DNA of 64,000 bases, taken from positions 224,001 to 288,000 of the forward strand of contig CAWFGE010000020.1 in NCBI GenBank assembly GCA_963815195.1, read 5' to 3'. This DNA comes from an uncultured Planctomycetaceae bacterium. GTDB lineage: Bacteria; Planctomycetota; Planctomycetia; Planctomycetales; Planctomycetaceae. Below, one piece after another: positions 62,987 to 64,000 of this stretch (the first letter of the stretch is position 1; each line of letters starts with the position of its first letter). The notes beneath the pieces were generated by a model that was not told where the DNA came from, did no database searches, and saw only the letters and a program-made list of their open reading frames with translations. The translations under genes were made by a program, and so were the position numbers.

Positions 62987-63714
62987 CTAGTTGCCGCTGC
63001 CGCCTCCAAGATCTCTACCTTCAAATGCCTTTTTGATCTGTTTCAGCGTCCTATCCGTAATTTTCCCCTCTTCTACCATCTGTTCTAGTTCACGTGGCGT
63101 CTTTTTCAACAAATCATCAATACTGACACCCTTTGGGATGTTAGGGCTGGTTCGGAGGTCTTTAAGTTGCCCCTTCCCAGCTAGTTGTTGCCCGACAGGG
63201 ACATCGGGTTCCGGTGCCCATGTTGGTGATTTAGCTTTTGGAGTCGCAGTTCGAGATTGCCCTCCGAGTTGCTGCTTCAACTGCCTCTGCTCTTGACGTA
63301 GCTTCTGCTTTGTTTTCGCGGAAAGTTTCTTCCCGGTCTCATCTACTCCATCATCGAGCATCTTCTTGATCTGATCGAGGCGTTGCTGTATTGCTGTGTT
63401 TGGGGCGTTACCGAGTCCTTGTGTTTGGCCACCGCCTTCGTCTTCGAACCGTTGGATTTCCTCTGGTGTTGGCTCCTTTCGTGCGTCAAAATCAGCAGGA
63501 TTGCAATCCGGGCTGGTATTATGTACCAACACCGCATTCTTGCCTACAAGATACGTATGGAAGTCTGCAATATGCAAGTTATAAACGGCGAGAGTTCCTA
63601 TGCGATGGGACAACTTCTCAACCGCAACCGGGCCCAGTTCGCGGCTGAGGAGTTGGTCGCCCACCTGCAAATAGCGGGCTTCGACCCATCGGCCGGGAAA
63701 CGCCGCAAACTCGG
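62987..63714 (-). pseudogene. 5'-truncated polymorphic toxin: pretoxin HINT C-terminal half plus toxin domain
   Basis: GRWVEARYLQVGDQL...VYNLHIADFHTYLVG..AVLVHN (HINT end), then a toxin domain ending AFEGRDLGGGSGN; the frame begins at the REP end. Confidence 0.8.
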
Positions 63715-63878
63715 CGGGGTGGCATGCTCATGGCTTTGCATGAGCATGTCTTCGGGACGCTTGATGAAGCTGGAGACATTGCATTTTGCCCTGGTTCCGT
63801 TAATCATGTCGTCGGATTTTCAGAATCCACGTTTCCTCAAATCGCATGCTCATGCAAAGCCATGAGCATGCCACCCCG
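63715..63878. repeat. REP doublet with perfect 34-bp inverted arms
   Basis: CGGGGTGGCATGCTCATGGCTTTGCATGAGCATG (63715-63748) and its exact reverse complement (63845-63878). Confidence 0.9.
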
Positions 63879-64000
63879 TCGCATCGAAATCGATGAGCCA
63901 AGCGATGAGGAGAGCCTGGCGTTTCTGGAAGCGAAGCGCGATGAGCTCGAACGCGAGCATCAGGTGCGACTGGATGAGGATGTGCCGAGACGCACAGTGG
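63877..64000 (+). pseudogene. Headless ClpA/B-like AAA lid fragment
   Basis: RRIEIDEPSDEESLAFLEAKRDELEREHQVRLDEDV resembles the Clp I.V.EPS.EE...YE.HH.V region; it starts at the REP end. Confidence 0.45.

Overview
High-GC bacterial DNA, very probably from a planctomycete (two DUF1501 genes, a TIGR03067 protein, planctomycete-type integrases). About 1-23.4 kb is accessory DNA centred on a tRNA-Met(CAT) gene that has a tyrosine integrase on each side. Left of the tRNA are a large P-loop ATPase with a partner gene, a DUF1501 gene and IS630 debris. Right of it are an integrase, an excisionase-like HTH, a DUF5678/retropepsin pair and a sigma-like gene. These are followed by a co-oriented operon: gmhA, a double GT9 heptosyltransferase-methyltransferase fusion, a sulfotransferase, hldE, a Cys-rich protein and an Rhs/DUF6531 protein cut by an IS1380. 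Next come orphan toxin-tip/immunity modules, each starting exactly at a ~100-bp GTAG-REP doublet, beside RAYT transposase remnants. About 23.5-61 kb is core-like (tctA, degP, MATE, class III aminotransferase, rnpB, moxR, Nif3, capD-like, TIR protein, thrC, double hybrid kinase) and carries many REP-like palindromes. About 61-64 kb is a second accessory patch: an ISL3 remnant and a REP-bounded HINT-toxin/immunity module homologous to the one at 22 kb. The two best candidate novel systems are (i) REP/RAYT-bounded toxin-immunity cassettes and (ii) a heptosylation/sulfation/methylation module coupled to an Rhs protein. Many genes carry single-base frameshifts that may be sequencing indels. All family calls are by-eye motif recognition, not database searches.
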